Assembly (NCBI GenBank): GCA_049967475.1
Contig: JBMFSQ010000001.1
Location: 54,600 to 118,599, forward strand
From: Chthonomonadales bacterium
GTDB lineage: Bacteria; Armatimonadota; Chthonomonadetes; Chthonomonadales; CAJBBX01
Direction: 5' to 3'
DNA: 64,000 nucleotides
A program made the position numbers and the translations under genes. The notes below the pieces were generated by a model, which did no database searches, had not been told where the DNA came from, and saw only the letters and a program-made list of their open reading frames with translations. Below are positions 9,651-19,800 of the stretch, piece by piece; position 1 is the stretch's first letter; every line of letters starts with the position of its first letter.

Positions 9651-11272
9651 GGCACGGTTCCGGCTGCTGCACGCGGCATGCGAAAGAGGGCAGTCCCGAT
9701 GAAGAGAACGGCGTAATAGATGCTGATGAGCAGCCACCCCGGCGAGGGGATGGGCACGGAAGCTGCCGGAACATGGGCGAACGCATGGGCTCCACCCACC
9801 AAATAGGCGAGCACCGGGCTGAGGAGAAGATGGCCCACCAATTGCGCAGCCGGAAGCCAGATAAGGGCAAGGAGCCATACGGTGAAGCCGGCGGCGAACA
9901 CCACCACCAACACCGGCACGATGGCAGCATTGGCCGGAATGCCAACCAGAGACACCGAATTGAAATACTGAGCTGTCAGCGGCATGGAACCCAATTGGGC
10001 GCCTGTAGACACGGCGACGACGTCGGCTACGGTCGTTCCTGCGGACACCAAGAAGCGTCCACCGCCGCCGGGTACCTGGGACAGGGCGCCGGTCATTCGC
10101 TGAATGGCTGCTTCGAAGACGGGCATGAGCGCAACGATGCTGGCAACCGTGGCGAAGGAGAGTTGAAATCCCACATCAAAGAGGTAATTCGGTTCCAGCA
10201 GCATCAGAAAGAGAGCTGATGCAGCGAGGGCGGCGGGAACGTCGGCTTCGCGGTCTACTACGGCGCTGAAGAGGAAGACGCAGGCCATCACCGTAGCTCG
10301 AAGCACAGAAGGGCGCGCCCCGGCCATGATTGCGTAGGTGATGAGGGCCGCGATGGCTACAGCCGCAGCCAGGCGCATGGGTACATGGATGAAGCGAAGC
10401 AGTGCGAGAACGAGCACGGCGACGATGCCTACGTGGAGCCCCGCAGTCGCCAACACGTGCACCGTGCCCGTGGCAACGAAATCATCGTCAAGCTGGGGCG
10501 GGAGTTCTGTTCGCGCACCGAGCAAAATGCCGGCTGCCAGCCCGGCTTCCGTCTTTGGCAACACACGCCCCATTGCTTCCAGAAGGGACATCCTGCATCG
10601 TGAGGCGAAGTTGGGCAGCCAATCACGCCACCCCACCGTAAACGGAAGCCTCTTCCAGCCACTGGGACGCCGCACGTTCACGACGGCGTACACTCCACGG
10701 TGGGCCAGGTGCGCGGCGTAGTCAAAGCCTCCAGGGTTTCGAAGGCCTGGAGGCTTCGCCAGGATGCCCCGAACCTCCAGTGTGTCACCGAAGGCTGGGG
10801 GCGGCTTCCCTTCGTCCTTGGCGAGGCGAAGAGCCACTCTGCCCGAGCACTTCACAACGGACCCGGCCGGCAAGGTGGCCGACTGAACCGCCAGGAAGCA
10901 CCCATACGTTGTTGCACGAAGATCCACCTCGCCGGCGACTATGCCCCGGATGGTTACAGGTCCTTCGGGGAGGATGTTCGAGATGTCCGTTGGAAGGGGC
11001 CCGGCAGTTGCCAGCAGGCGGCAGGCACCTATTGCCGCGAAGCCGCATAGAAGGCTGGTGATGATCCACAGCCGCCACCGCAACGCCGGCAAGGCAGCAG
11101 CCGCAGCGGCACCCATCAATACCACGGCGGAGGTCCATCCCCACCATGAAGCCGCCTGAATGCCCAACGCAAAGGCGAAGGCAACCAGAACGAGGGGACG
11201 GCCGGCGATGCTGCCGGCCAGCGCAGCAAGATCGTGTCGGTGTGTACTACCTGGGATGGCGGGCATCTGCAT
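9647..11272 (-). CDS. comEC: ComEC/Rec2 competence membrane protein (OB domain plus competence domain)
   Basis: RNPGGFDY, TGTVHVLATAGLHV, PSVLRATVM, DVGFQLSF; multiple TM segments. Confidence 0.9.
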   Translation of the reverse strand: MQMPAIPGSTHRHDLAALAGSIAGRPLVLVAFAFALGIQAASWWGWTSAVVLMGAAAAAALPALRWRLWIITSLLCGFAAIGACRLLATAGPLPTDISNILPEGPVTIRGIVAGEVDLRATTYGCFLAVQSATLPAGSVVKCSGRVALRLAKDEGKPPPAFGDTLEVRGILAKPPGLRNPGGFDYAAHLAHRGVYAVVNVRRPSGWKRLPFTVGWRDWLPNFASRCRMSLLEAMGRVLPKTEAGLAAGILLGARTELPPQLDDDFVATGTVHVLATAGLHVGIVAVLVLALLRFIHVPMRLAAAVAIAALITYAIMAGARPSVLRATVMACVFLFSAVVDREADVPAALAASALFLMLLEPNYLFDVGFQLSFATVASIVALMPVFEAAIQRMTGALSQVPGGGGRFLVSAGTTVADVVAVSTGAQLGSMPLTAQYFNSVSLVGIPANAAIVPVLVVVFAAGFTVWLLALIWLPAAQLVGHLLLSPVLAYLVGGAHAFAHVPAASVPIPSPGWLLISIYYAVLFIGTALFRMPRAAAGTVP

Positions 11273-11284
11273 GGCATGCGGCTT

Positions 11285-13300
11285 CTAGATGTAGATCTTG
11301 TAGGTTTGCATCCCGTTAAGGGGCCCGTAAATCGCCCAGAAGCTCCCCATCACATAATCCCCAAGGATAAGGCCCAAGAAGAACGGCACCGCTGCGTTGT
11401 GGGCGCGCATCCCGCCGAAGCGCACGATGAACCACTTGATCAACCAGCTTATGAAGAAGGCGAACCAAAAGTAATCCATGGCGTAGGACACAGCGAGAGC
11501 GTATCCTGCCGGGTGGAAGGGCCACCACAGAAAAGCGCCGCGCAAGAGCCTTAGGCACAGGACCATAAGCGCGCCGCCGATGACATACCCCACCTGCGTG
11601 CGGTCGGGTTTGGTAGGTGTCTGCAGCCAGCTATTGAGGCGGTCGTAGCTTTCACTGCCTACCCATTGCTTGAAGCCGACAGCCTTGGCGGTTGCCCCTT
11701 CTGCATAGGTAACTTGCAGATTAGCCCAATACGCCGCGAGGATCCCAAAAACCGTGGCACCGATGAGCAGCCACACGAGGCGCTGCGTCTGCATCCGCCC
11801 ACCCTCCGCCATCTTGAACGCCTCCAACTGGTTGGGCATGGGATGGTTGCGGTAGCCTCGATTGAACCAGTACAGGACGCTGAGCGCCGTAAGGCTTTGG
11901 GCTCCTACGGTGGACACTCCGAAGAGGGTTACAAGAACGGTGCGGGGGTTCACGAAGTAGATCTCGTGGGGGGCTCCGAATTCCGCTCTCACCCGAGTAA
12001 TGGCGATTGCCAGCAGGAAGTAGATGCCGAAGAAAAGGATCGCCACCCACGCCGCAAGCCCAATGCGGTGGGAAAACCAGGCAAGAAACACCACGCCGGC
12101 GGCTATGCCCGCAAATGCCGCTCGGTAGCGCCGCTGCTCGCGCCTTGCCTCGGCATCCGCCTGGCCTGCGGAAGGCCCAGAGGCTATCTTCCAAGCCTGG
12201 GCGAAGCGCGCCCGGAGCGACCAGAGCACGACCACGGCTAGCGCGATCCACGCGCCCGACGATTGCTGCTCGAAATAGGGAAAGCCGACGTTGGAAGGCG
12301 CATCCCAGCCGAACACGGCGCCGACTACCTGGAAGAGCTTCCTGGCCACCCAGAAGAACCAGCACGAGAAGGAGAGGTCAAGGGGCAGGAAGTAGGCCAG
12401 TCCGATGGCAAAGGGATACATGGAGATGTTGGTAGTGCCCATTGCGCTCCACGGACGCTGCGTAAAGAAGCGGCCGATATCGTAGAGCTTGACCTGTTCG
12501 AGGTATGGCCAGGATGGGTACAAGTAGTGCATCCCGTTGATGACGTCTATGGCGGCGGCGATGGAAAACCCGGTCCACATGAGGCGGCTCGTCCAGAAGG
12601 GTTGGCCATGGGAAGTGATTTGCTGGGTCATGGCCACCGGGAGCTGCACGATGGGAAAAGCGAGCTTCTCGTCCTCGGTCCATGCGCTCCGGATGAGGAT
12701 ATTCAGACACAGGCACACTCCGATGAGCGCGCTGAGCAGCATAGCCCACCAGAACAGCGGGCCGAGGAAGGGTAGCAGGTACCTGGGCTTGTACCAGGCC
12801 ACTCCACCCTGGTAGAAGCCTTTGAGCGCTGCCGGATCACGCACCAGAAGAAAGTTCGCCGGATCGAGGTATTGAAAGAAGGTTGAGCGGTAACGGTTCT
12901 CCGGCGTGGCGAAGCGCGCTGCGTGCCCGATGGATCCGAAGAGGTTCTGGATGAGGTCATGGCCGGCCAGAGACGCTCCAACCACGAGCATTACGTAAAC
13001 CGCCAGGAGTTCACCCTGGTCGAGCGCCCAGGCGGGTCGGATGCGCCGAAGACCGATGCTTGCTACGGTCAGCCAGAAGAGGATGAAAACCGGCGTGATG
13101 AAGAGCGGCAGGCAGGTTCCGTCGAGCGTATACCAGCGAACCTCCACCACGGTGATCCACAGCGCATCCAAAGGCATGAGGATCAGTCCAATGAGGACAG
13201 CGCGGAACGTAATCCCTCGGAGGGGTGAGTGGGTCGCGGCGGCATCGGCGTGCGTGGGTTGCGAACTGGTTTGGGTTGTGGCGGTTGGCGCAGGATGCAT
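11285..13300 (-). CDS. Polytopic membrane protein, DUF6785/DUF6784-like putative peptide transporter
   Basis: About 15 or more hydrophobic segments; WTEDEKLAFPIVQLP, ITRVRAEFG, WWPFHPAGY, PFFLGLILGD motifs. Confidence 0.7.
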   Translation of the reverse strand: MHPAPTATTQTSSQPTHADAAATHSPLRGITFRAVLIGLILMPLDALWITVVEVRWYTLDGTCLPLFITPVFILFWLTVASIGLRRIRPAWALDQGELLAVYVMLVVGASLAGHDLIQNLFGSIGHAARFATPENRYRSTFFQYLDPANFLLVRDPAALKGFYQGGVAWYKPRYLLPFLGPLFWWAMLLSALIGVCLCLNILIRSAWTEDEKLAFPIVQLPVAMTQQITSHGQPFWTSRLMWTGFSIAAAIDVINGMHYLYPSWPYLEQVKLYDIGRFFTQRPWSAMGTTNISMYPFAIGLAYFLPLDLSFSCWFFWVARKLFQVVGAVFGWDAPSNVGFPYFEQQSSGAWIALAVVVLWSLRARFAQAWKIASGPSAGQADAEARREQRRYRAAFAGIAAGVVFLAWFSHRIGLAAWVAILFFGIYFLLAIAITRVRAEFGAPHEIYFVNPRTVLVTLFGVSTVGAQSLTALSVLYWFNRGYRNHPMPNQLEAFKMAEGGRMQTQRLVWLLIGATVFGILAAYWANLQVTYAEGATAKAVGFKQWVGSESYDRLNSWLQTPTKPDRTQVGYVIGGALMVLCLRLLRGAFLWWPFHPAGYALAVSYAMDYFWFAFFISWLIKWFIVRFGGMRAHNAAVPFFLGLILGDYVMGSFWAIYGPLNGMQTYKIYI

Positions 13301-13461
13301 GGACAACCTTCCGAGCAAACATGGTTTGGGGCGGTCAGCGCCGCTCCTTGGTTCGATTGTTGCCCGCGAGGTTCCTGCGCGCGATCTGTTGGAGTTGACT
13401 TTGTGTCTGCCGGCCACGTACAATGACCGCGCTACGGTTGGAGACCACAGGGGGAAGAAAG

Positions 13462-13845
13462 ATGACGCGGAAAGCGGTATTCGTTGGATCGCCCGTTGCA
13501 GGTGCACCTTATACTCCTGGCATCATCGTCGGAGACTTGGTGTTCGTTTCGGGACAGATCCCTATAGATCCATCCACGGGCGCGATCGTTGCGGGAGAGT
13601 TCGAGGATCGCGTGCGCCGGTGCATCCTGAACGTAGGGGCGGTGCTGGAGCAAGCAGGCTCGGATCTGGAGCATGTGGTGAAGGTGGTTGTGTTCCTGAC
13701 GGACATGGAGAACTTTGCGCGCATGAACCGCGTGTACGCCGAATACTGGGGACCGGTCAAGCCGGCCAGAAGTTGTGTTCAGGTGGCGGGCCTGCCGCTG
13801 GGAGCGGATGTGGAAATGGAGGCTATCGCCATTCTCAAGCGGTAG
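13462..13845 (+). CDS. ridA: RidA/YjgF family imine deaminase
   Basis: PYTPG, VFVSGQIP, VVKVVVFL, MNRVY, KPARSCVQVAGLPLGADVEMEAIA. Confidence 0.9.
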   Translation: MTRKAVFVGSPVAGAPYTPGIIVGDLVFVSGQIPIDPSTGAIVAGEFEDRVRRCILNVGAVLEQAGSDLEHVVKVVVFLTDMENFARMNRVYAEYWGPVKPARSCVQVAGLPLGADVEMEAIAILKR

Positions 13846-13849
13846 GGCG

Positions 13850-15130
13850 CTACGGCGCTGCCGGGAGGGACACGCGGCCCAGCAACCGGTTGACGCCGTC
13901 CAGCACCGCGGCTGCAGCGGCTCGGTATGCATCAGCTCCCACAATGGCAGAGCCTGCGACAGAGATCGTGCGATCGGGGGACACGAAGCGGCCCGCTACG
14001 GTGACCACAGTTTCTCCATACGCCATGGAGGTCGTGACGACATCTTCCACGATGTAATCGTATCCTTCCGGCAGGATGCGGCGGAGGGCGGTAGCCGTGG
14101 TTTCGGTGACGATGCGCAGGACCCCAGGCTCGTCGGTTTCGGCTGAGGAGGAAGCCGGGTATCGCAGGACGTCGGAGGGAGTAGTTTGGCCCGCGCGCGC
14201 TACGGGCAAGTGGAGGTCTACGCGAACAATGGCGATGCGGCCATTCCAGCGCACATCCAGATCTGCAAGGCGAAGGCGCCGCTCGCGGGTGGCTGCCGAC
14301 GGCTGAGATGTGCCGGGCTTGTGGGCGGTGCAGTCGCGACTGGCGAGGTTGATCAGGCTGTTGAGAGTGGCGGCGTAATGTACGTGCTCGCGCTCTCGGG
14401 TTCGCTTTCCCCCAAATTGGCCCACGGTGACGCCGATCTGTTCCGCGCCCGCCCCTTCCACGCGGATCTGGGCTACGCGGGATTGGATGCGCCTCCCTAG
14501 CTCTGCAGCTTCTTGTGCGGGGCGCAGGGTAGCGATGACGAATTCATCTCCGCCATAGCGGCAAAGAAAATCCCGGGCGGCATCCACAACGGAGAGGAGG
14601 ACTTGCGCTACGGATTGCAGCACGGCGTCGCCCACAATATGGCCGTAGCGTTTGTTGAACGCGCCGAAGCCGTCCAGATCCAGGAAGAGTACCGTGATTT
14701 CCCGGCCCGACTTGAGTTGCGCGATGGCCCATTCCCTAAGGCTGTCCGCCCAGGGCAGTTCGGTGAGAGGATCGAATGATCGGGCGACTTCCGGGAGCAG
14801 GTCACTGGGAGCGACTACTCCCAACAAACGGCCGCCTTCCATCACGGGGAGCCGCCCCAGGCGAGAGGACGCCATCAGGTTTGCAGCTTCCCGAAGCGAG
14901 AGGTCGGGGGATGCCGCGGTGACGTCGCGGATCATAATATCGCCCACAAGCCGGTTGGGATCTGCGCCCAAGAGCTGGGCGTAGAGAACCATCCCCACGA
15001 GGTTGGATCCGTCTAAAACAGGCAGAGCCTCGATATCGTGGCCGCGAAGGAGGATGGTGGCCGTTTCCACGGTATGCCCAGGGTTCACCCAAACGGGTGG
15101 CCGCCGGATCACTTCACGAAGGGTTTTCAT
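13850..15130 (-). CDS. CBS-pair plus GGDEF protein (diguanylate cyclase) with an extra C-terminal domain
   Basis: Two CBS repeats, FDPLTELP, LDLDGFGAFNKRYGHIVGD, RYGGDEF. Confidence 0.85.
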   Translation of the reverse strand: MKTLREVIRRPPVWVNPGHTVETATILLRGHDIEALPVLDGSNLVGMVLYAQLLGADPNRLVGDIMIRDVTAASPDLSLREAANLMASSRLGRLPVMEGGRLLGVVAPSDLLPEVARSFDPLTELPWADSLREWAIAQLKSGREITVLFLDLDGFGAFNKRYGHIVGDAVLQSVAQVLLSVVDAARDFLCRYGGDEFVIATLRPAQEAAELGRRIQSRVAQIRVEGAGAEQIGVTVGQFGGKRTREREHVHYAATLNSLINLASRDCTAHKPGTSQPSAATRERRLRLADLDVRWNGRIAIVRVDLHLPVARAGQTTPSDVLRYPASSSAETDEPGVLRIVTETTATALRRILPEGYDYIVEDVVTTSMAYGETVVTVAGRFVSPDRTISVAGSAIVGADAYRAAAAAVLDGVNRLLGRVSLPAAP

Positions 15131-15321
15131 TGTGCGCATCGCGGCAAAGCGGCATGGCGTGGCACCAGGCAGCCGAAGCTGCAAAGCCACGTTCGCCTGT
15201 GCAGTACAAGGAATGGCGCATGCAGGGGTGCCGCCCATCCGCTGCCAGGCTGATTATAACACGGGCACCTTCGGCAGCGTCCTGTAAGAAGCACGTGAAT
15301 TCGATGTGCGCGGAGAGCTCT

Positions 15322-16683
15322 TCAGCGTGCCAAGGCGAGGGCTCCCATGGGGTGCCAAGGCGGCAGGTGGATAGGCGCTGTGTCCAAAACGGCAAGGATG
15401 TCGGGCGGAAGGTACTTGTGGTCCACCACAACTTCGTAATTGTACTGGTCGAACCATGTGTCCGTCATGACCATAAAGCCTTTGTTGCCGCTCTTTTCGC
15501 CCCAAGAGTTTTCGACGCGCCACTTGACGGGGCGGCCGCCATCGTCCAGGTCTACGCCGGTGAAAACCATGGCGTGAGTCATCTGGCTCTGGCCGTAGTC
15601 CAAGCGCTCGGCTTTGTTCATGCCGAAGCCGAACCCGTAGATCCCTTCGTAATCGAAGAGTTCGGGATCCATCAATCCCAAATCGCGGTCGAACTCTTTG
15701 CCCACATCGCATCCGAACCACACGGGGCGCTCTTCCTTGATCTGTTCGACGGCAGCTTGCTTCATCACCTGGCATTCTACGTTGAGGTACCGCACAATTT
15801 GGCCGCCGACCACGTTGCCCAGAAAGTCTATGGTATAGAGGCGATTGAAGGGCGTTTGTTCGGTGGGACAATGGATCAGGCAGACCATGGCGTCAAGGTC
15901 TACCGGAACGTGGTTCCGAAGGAACTCGTGGGGAGTTATGACGCCGTCGCGGTGGAACGCCTTGTCTTTATCCCGCCATTGCCAAAGGAATTCGGTGGGC
16001 GGTACTCCGAGGTGGATCGCGACGATGCGATAGACGTCCTGCATCATCCGGAATTTGCGCGCACGCAGCGTGTCGGCTGAGGCGCCTGATGCGTGGGCAC
16101 GGCGCAATTCGCATGCGAACTCGCGCAGTTTCCAGTTGAGGCGGTCGTTGAGTGTGCCGCTGCTGGAACTGCTCTCGGTTTCGGGCATGACTTCTTTGGG
16201 GACGACGCCGTACTTGCGCACAAGGTTCACGAACATGTCCCATTGGCCGCCGTCCTGGACAGGGGTTGCCATGAGCCATGAAACGAGGCGGCCGTCGGTG
16301 GGCTCATCCAAAGTGGCAAGCACCGATTCCAGGAAGTAATTGCTCCGTTCGACCTTGTCCCAGAAGAAGGTGTAGTTTTGGGAGAGTTCAAAGTCCTCAA
16401 GGTTCATGTTTTTGGCGGCGGCCATCCGGAAGGTGTTGAGGCCGGCGAACATCCAGCACCGCCCGCTGCTGTTCTGCGCTGTAGCCGATCCTGCCGGAAC
16501 CATGTGCGAGAAGGTGTGGTTGAGGCGCACCACGGCCTGGCGATTGAGGGCCACACTCTTGAGGGGCGATTTGGTCACCGCGTTGAGGGCAACGCGGTTT
16601 CGGGGTTCCGCCTCGAAGGCGGCACGCAGGTTGTTGAGGTCCTCGGCGGTGAGGGCTCCTACTGGATTGGAGTGCTTCGTCAC
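15322..16683 (-). CDS. pepC: Aminopeptidase C / bleomycin hydrolase (peptidase C1B)
   Basis: QNSSGRCWMFA, DGGQWDM, MTHAMV, WRVENSWG, WHPMGALA C-terminus; GTG start with AGGAG RBS. Confidence 0.95.
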   Translation of the reverse strand: MTKHSNPVGALTAEDLNNLRAAFEAEPRNRVALNAVTKSPLKSVALNRQAVVRLNHTFSHMVPAGSATAQNSSGRCWMFAGLNTFRMAAAKNMNLEDFELSQNYTFFWDKVERSNYFLESVLATLDEPTDGRLVSWLMATPVQDGGQWDMFVNLVRKYGVVPKEVMPETESSSSSGTLNDRLNWKLREFACELRRAHASGASADTLRARKFRMMQDVYRIVAIHLGVPPTEFLWQWRDKDKAFHRDGVITPHEFLRNHVPVDLDAMVCLIHCPTEQTPFNRLYTIDFLGNVVGGQIVRYLNVECQVMKQAAVEQIKEERPVWFGCDVGKEFDRDLGLMDPELFDYEGIYGFGFGMNKAERLDYGQSQMTHAMVFTGVDLDDGGRPVKWRVENSWGEKSGNKGFMVMTDTWFDQYNYEVVVDHKYLPPDILAVLDTAPIHLPPWHPMGALALAR

Positions 16684-16856
16684 GGATGAATCTCCTGAAG
16701 TATTGGGTGTTGGGCCGCCCGCCTCTCTATGCCCGGCAATGGGGCCGTCCATCGTTCCACTATGGCGGGCGGATTGGAGCAAGGTCTTTGTCATTATATC
16801 CCGCAGAATGAGGCGCCTCGCTTTTAGTTATCGGGCTGAGCCGAGGGCGGAGCGCC

Positions 16857-19800
16857 TCATTGGTTGCATAACGGCGGAGGTGGAGGCGATGTGGCGGGCT
16901 GAGAGGTGCGGCAAATGCGGAGGACCTTCTTCAAATAGTTCCTTCGACACTGCGTGAGCCTCCCGCATCCAAAATGCGCCAGGAGGGAACGCATGGCCTC
17001 CTCGTCGTCCAATGCAGTCTCGTGCTTACCCTGCGTGATGCGACGCAGAACGGAAGCAATTTCGGATGGCGGGATCTCCAACAAGTCTCGTACGCCGGCG
17101 GGCCTCTCCCTGACCCTAGGTGTGCCGGCAAGCCTCAAAACCTGTGACGCCGGTGACTTGTCGCCAAGCTCGTCTTCCACTACAATCTCGACGGCCTTCT
17201 CCATGCTGTTAAGGGTCCTATTCAGAATGCTCCTTACCGTTCTGCCCGCGCGGTGTAAGGTGGGACAGCCTTCGACGTAAAGCCGGAAAAGCAGCAGTTT
17301 CGTGAGAGGACCTTCTCTTTCTATTACCCGGCGCAGCGCTGCTCGAACGTCGGCTGGTGAAGCGTCACGAGGATCGGGGAAGCCGGGTTCCCCCGAAGAG
17401 TTTGTCGAGGGATTGGGCCTCAGATCATCCTCCCCGGTCTCTAAAACTTCCTCATCTGCCTCGGGCCGTCTGTCGTGTTCCACCTTTTCTACGGGCCGCG
17501 CTTCCGCGGTTGTGAGAATTGCTTCCGCTCCTTTTGGACTCTCGTGTTCTTGTTCTCCAACCGGCCGAATACCGCGCTGCTCGCATGCCTCGACGATCCG
17601 GCGTACTGCCCGCTCGCGGTCCGCATAAAATTCCGACTCCCGAATCCGCACGAACGCCCATCCGGCTCGCTCGAGCTGCCGCTGCCGAGCCATGTCCTGA
17701 TCATATCTCTCCGGTCCGTGCCAGGCCTCACCGTCACACTCCACGGCCAGCCTTTTCTGCAAGCCCTCCACCACGAGATCAATCCGGTAGCCCGCAACCT
17801 CCACCTGTGGCCGCACGCGGTATCTTCTCCTCAAAAGCTCCAGTGCGACGTCGACTTCGAACCAGCTTTCGTAGGGGTCGGGCTGTTCCCCATGCTGCCG
17901 GTATCTGCGCTTCGCCTCGCGCTCCAGGCGGTCTAACTCCTCGTAAAGTGTCTTAAGTGCTACCTGATCTGGGCTGTAGAAGAAGTTTAAAAGGCGCCAC
18001 CGCAAATCCTCGCGGCTAAGATCGTGCAACTGCACGCTATGGAACAACCATACCTGATCCCGCGCCCGGCTCATGGCCACGTTGAAGCGCCGCCGATCGG
18101 GAAGCCTCGTCAATGCCCTGAAGTCGTGATTGGGTGCAACGACAAGCGACAAGAAGATTATGTCCCTCTGGTCGCCCTGGAAAGTAGCAGGTACTCCACA
18201 GCGGAGTTTCCTTTCTTCACGAACCTTCGGCTCGAGCACATCGGCCAGCTTCTTTTCGATGAGCTCGGCTTGGGCGTGCCCCTGGAGGACGATGACTCCC
18301 ATTGTCTTGCCTTCATAATCCTTGTCATTGAGACACTCCTGGATTGTCGTAACGATTGCTTCTGCCTCAGCGCGGTTGATGATCCGCTCGCCCTCTCCTT
18401 CGCAAGCCCCCGCGCTCACGAATTGCGGTTTCAGGGGTAGGAGTCTATTGGGAGGGGGTTGGCGGAGTGGGATCAAGGGGGCATCTGTGTAACACAGGTC
18501 GTTGCTGAAACGGATGATCTCGGGAACGCAACGGAAATGCTCGCGAAGGGAGATGGCGTTTCCGAAGGCGCGTTCGGCGTGGTCATAGAGGCTTGTGTCA
18601 GGCCGAAATTCGTCACGGAATCCAAACTGCTGAAGGTGGTCGCGGGCAAGACGCGCGATGTCATCTTCGCGAACACCCACCGCCTCGGGGCTGTTCTGCT
18701 CATCGTCGCCAACGACGATGATGCGTTTTGCCAGCAGAAGGAGGACCAGCGCCTCAATTCCGGCCTGTGATGCTTCATCAACGATCACGGTATCGAAGAC
18801 CGCCGGCGTTGAGTCCGTTGTATCCCAGAGCTTGTGAAGCGGCATGATCCAAGCCGGTATCTTGGGGATGCATTTCATCAAATACTGGCGGGCTGTTCTC
18901 CGGTGCCGATAGGCGTACTTTCCCGTACCCTTTCCGATACGGGAGACCGCTTTTGTCCAGGCCGTGAGACTTTGCTCCGTTCGGTCGTCCAGCCGCTCGA
19001 AAAACGCTTTCCAAGCCTTGAGTGCGGCCAGTTCTTCGAGCTTTTTCTCGATTCTGCGTTGGAGCCGATGTCTTTCCTCGATGAGGCGCTCGTAACCCTC
19101 TGGATCGCTCACCTTGCGAAGCCATGCTTTCGCGGCAGCCCAAGCCCAGGCGTCGTCAAGGTGAAGGATTCTGTCTTTCCATTCAGGTCGCCCCTGGTTC
19201 GCTCTTAGGAGCGCACCCAGACCGGGGCATGCTCCGGCGATCTGGCCAATCATTTCTTGATAGCGAAGAAAACGGGCTTTCTCTTCCTTGAGACGCTCTC
19301 GCGTATCCCACGCGGTCATCCACGTCTCCGCGTTCCGCTCGCCGATGGCCTCAACCATCGCTTGGAGGGAGGGATGAGCGTTTCCTGAAGCGATGATTTG
19401 ACGCAACGAAGCCCGCCAGCTCTCCAGAGGTTGACGAACCCGATCGACGCGCCGCCGGGCCATTTCCGCTCTGATGAGGGCAAGCCACTTCGCGCGCTCG
19501 GTGGTCTGGGCGAGGTCAGCCCTCTTACTGACGGGTACCAAGGCTAATGCGTTCGCCGGCTGGTTTTGAAACAGTTCGAGCAGCCTGGGCAACTCTTCCA
19601 CCAACCCCTCGATGCGGGCGACCGCATGCCGGGGATCGGGACGAGCGAGATGAATGGGAGCAGGCCAGATTTGCTGAAAGTCCCTTACTGTCTCTTCCAG
19701 TTCGAGGAAAGCAAGGAGTCTCTCAAGTTGTTGCAGCTGCTTAGGTGTCTGTCCATCAATCCGACATAATTCCTCTACATAACGCGTCTCACGCACGACG

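Noticed and set aside
16807..16872. 10-bp inverted repeat and minus-strand GTTATGC at the end of the big helicase as a possible attC
   Set aside because: No matching R'' or L boxes at the right spacing; could be chance or a weak terminator.
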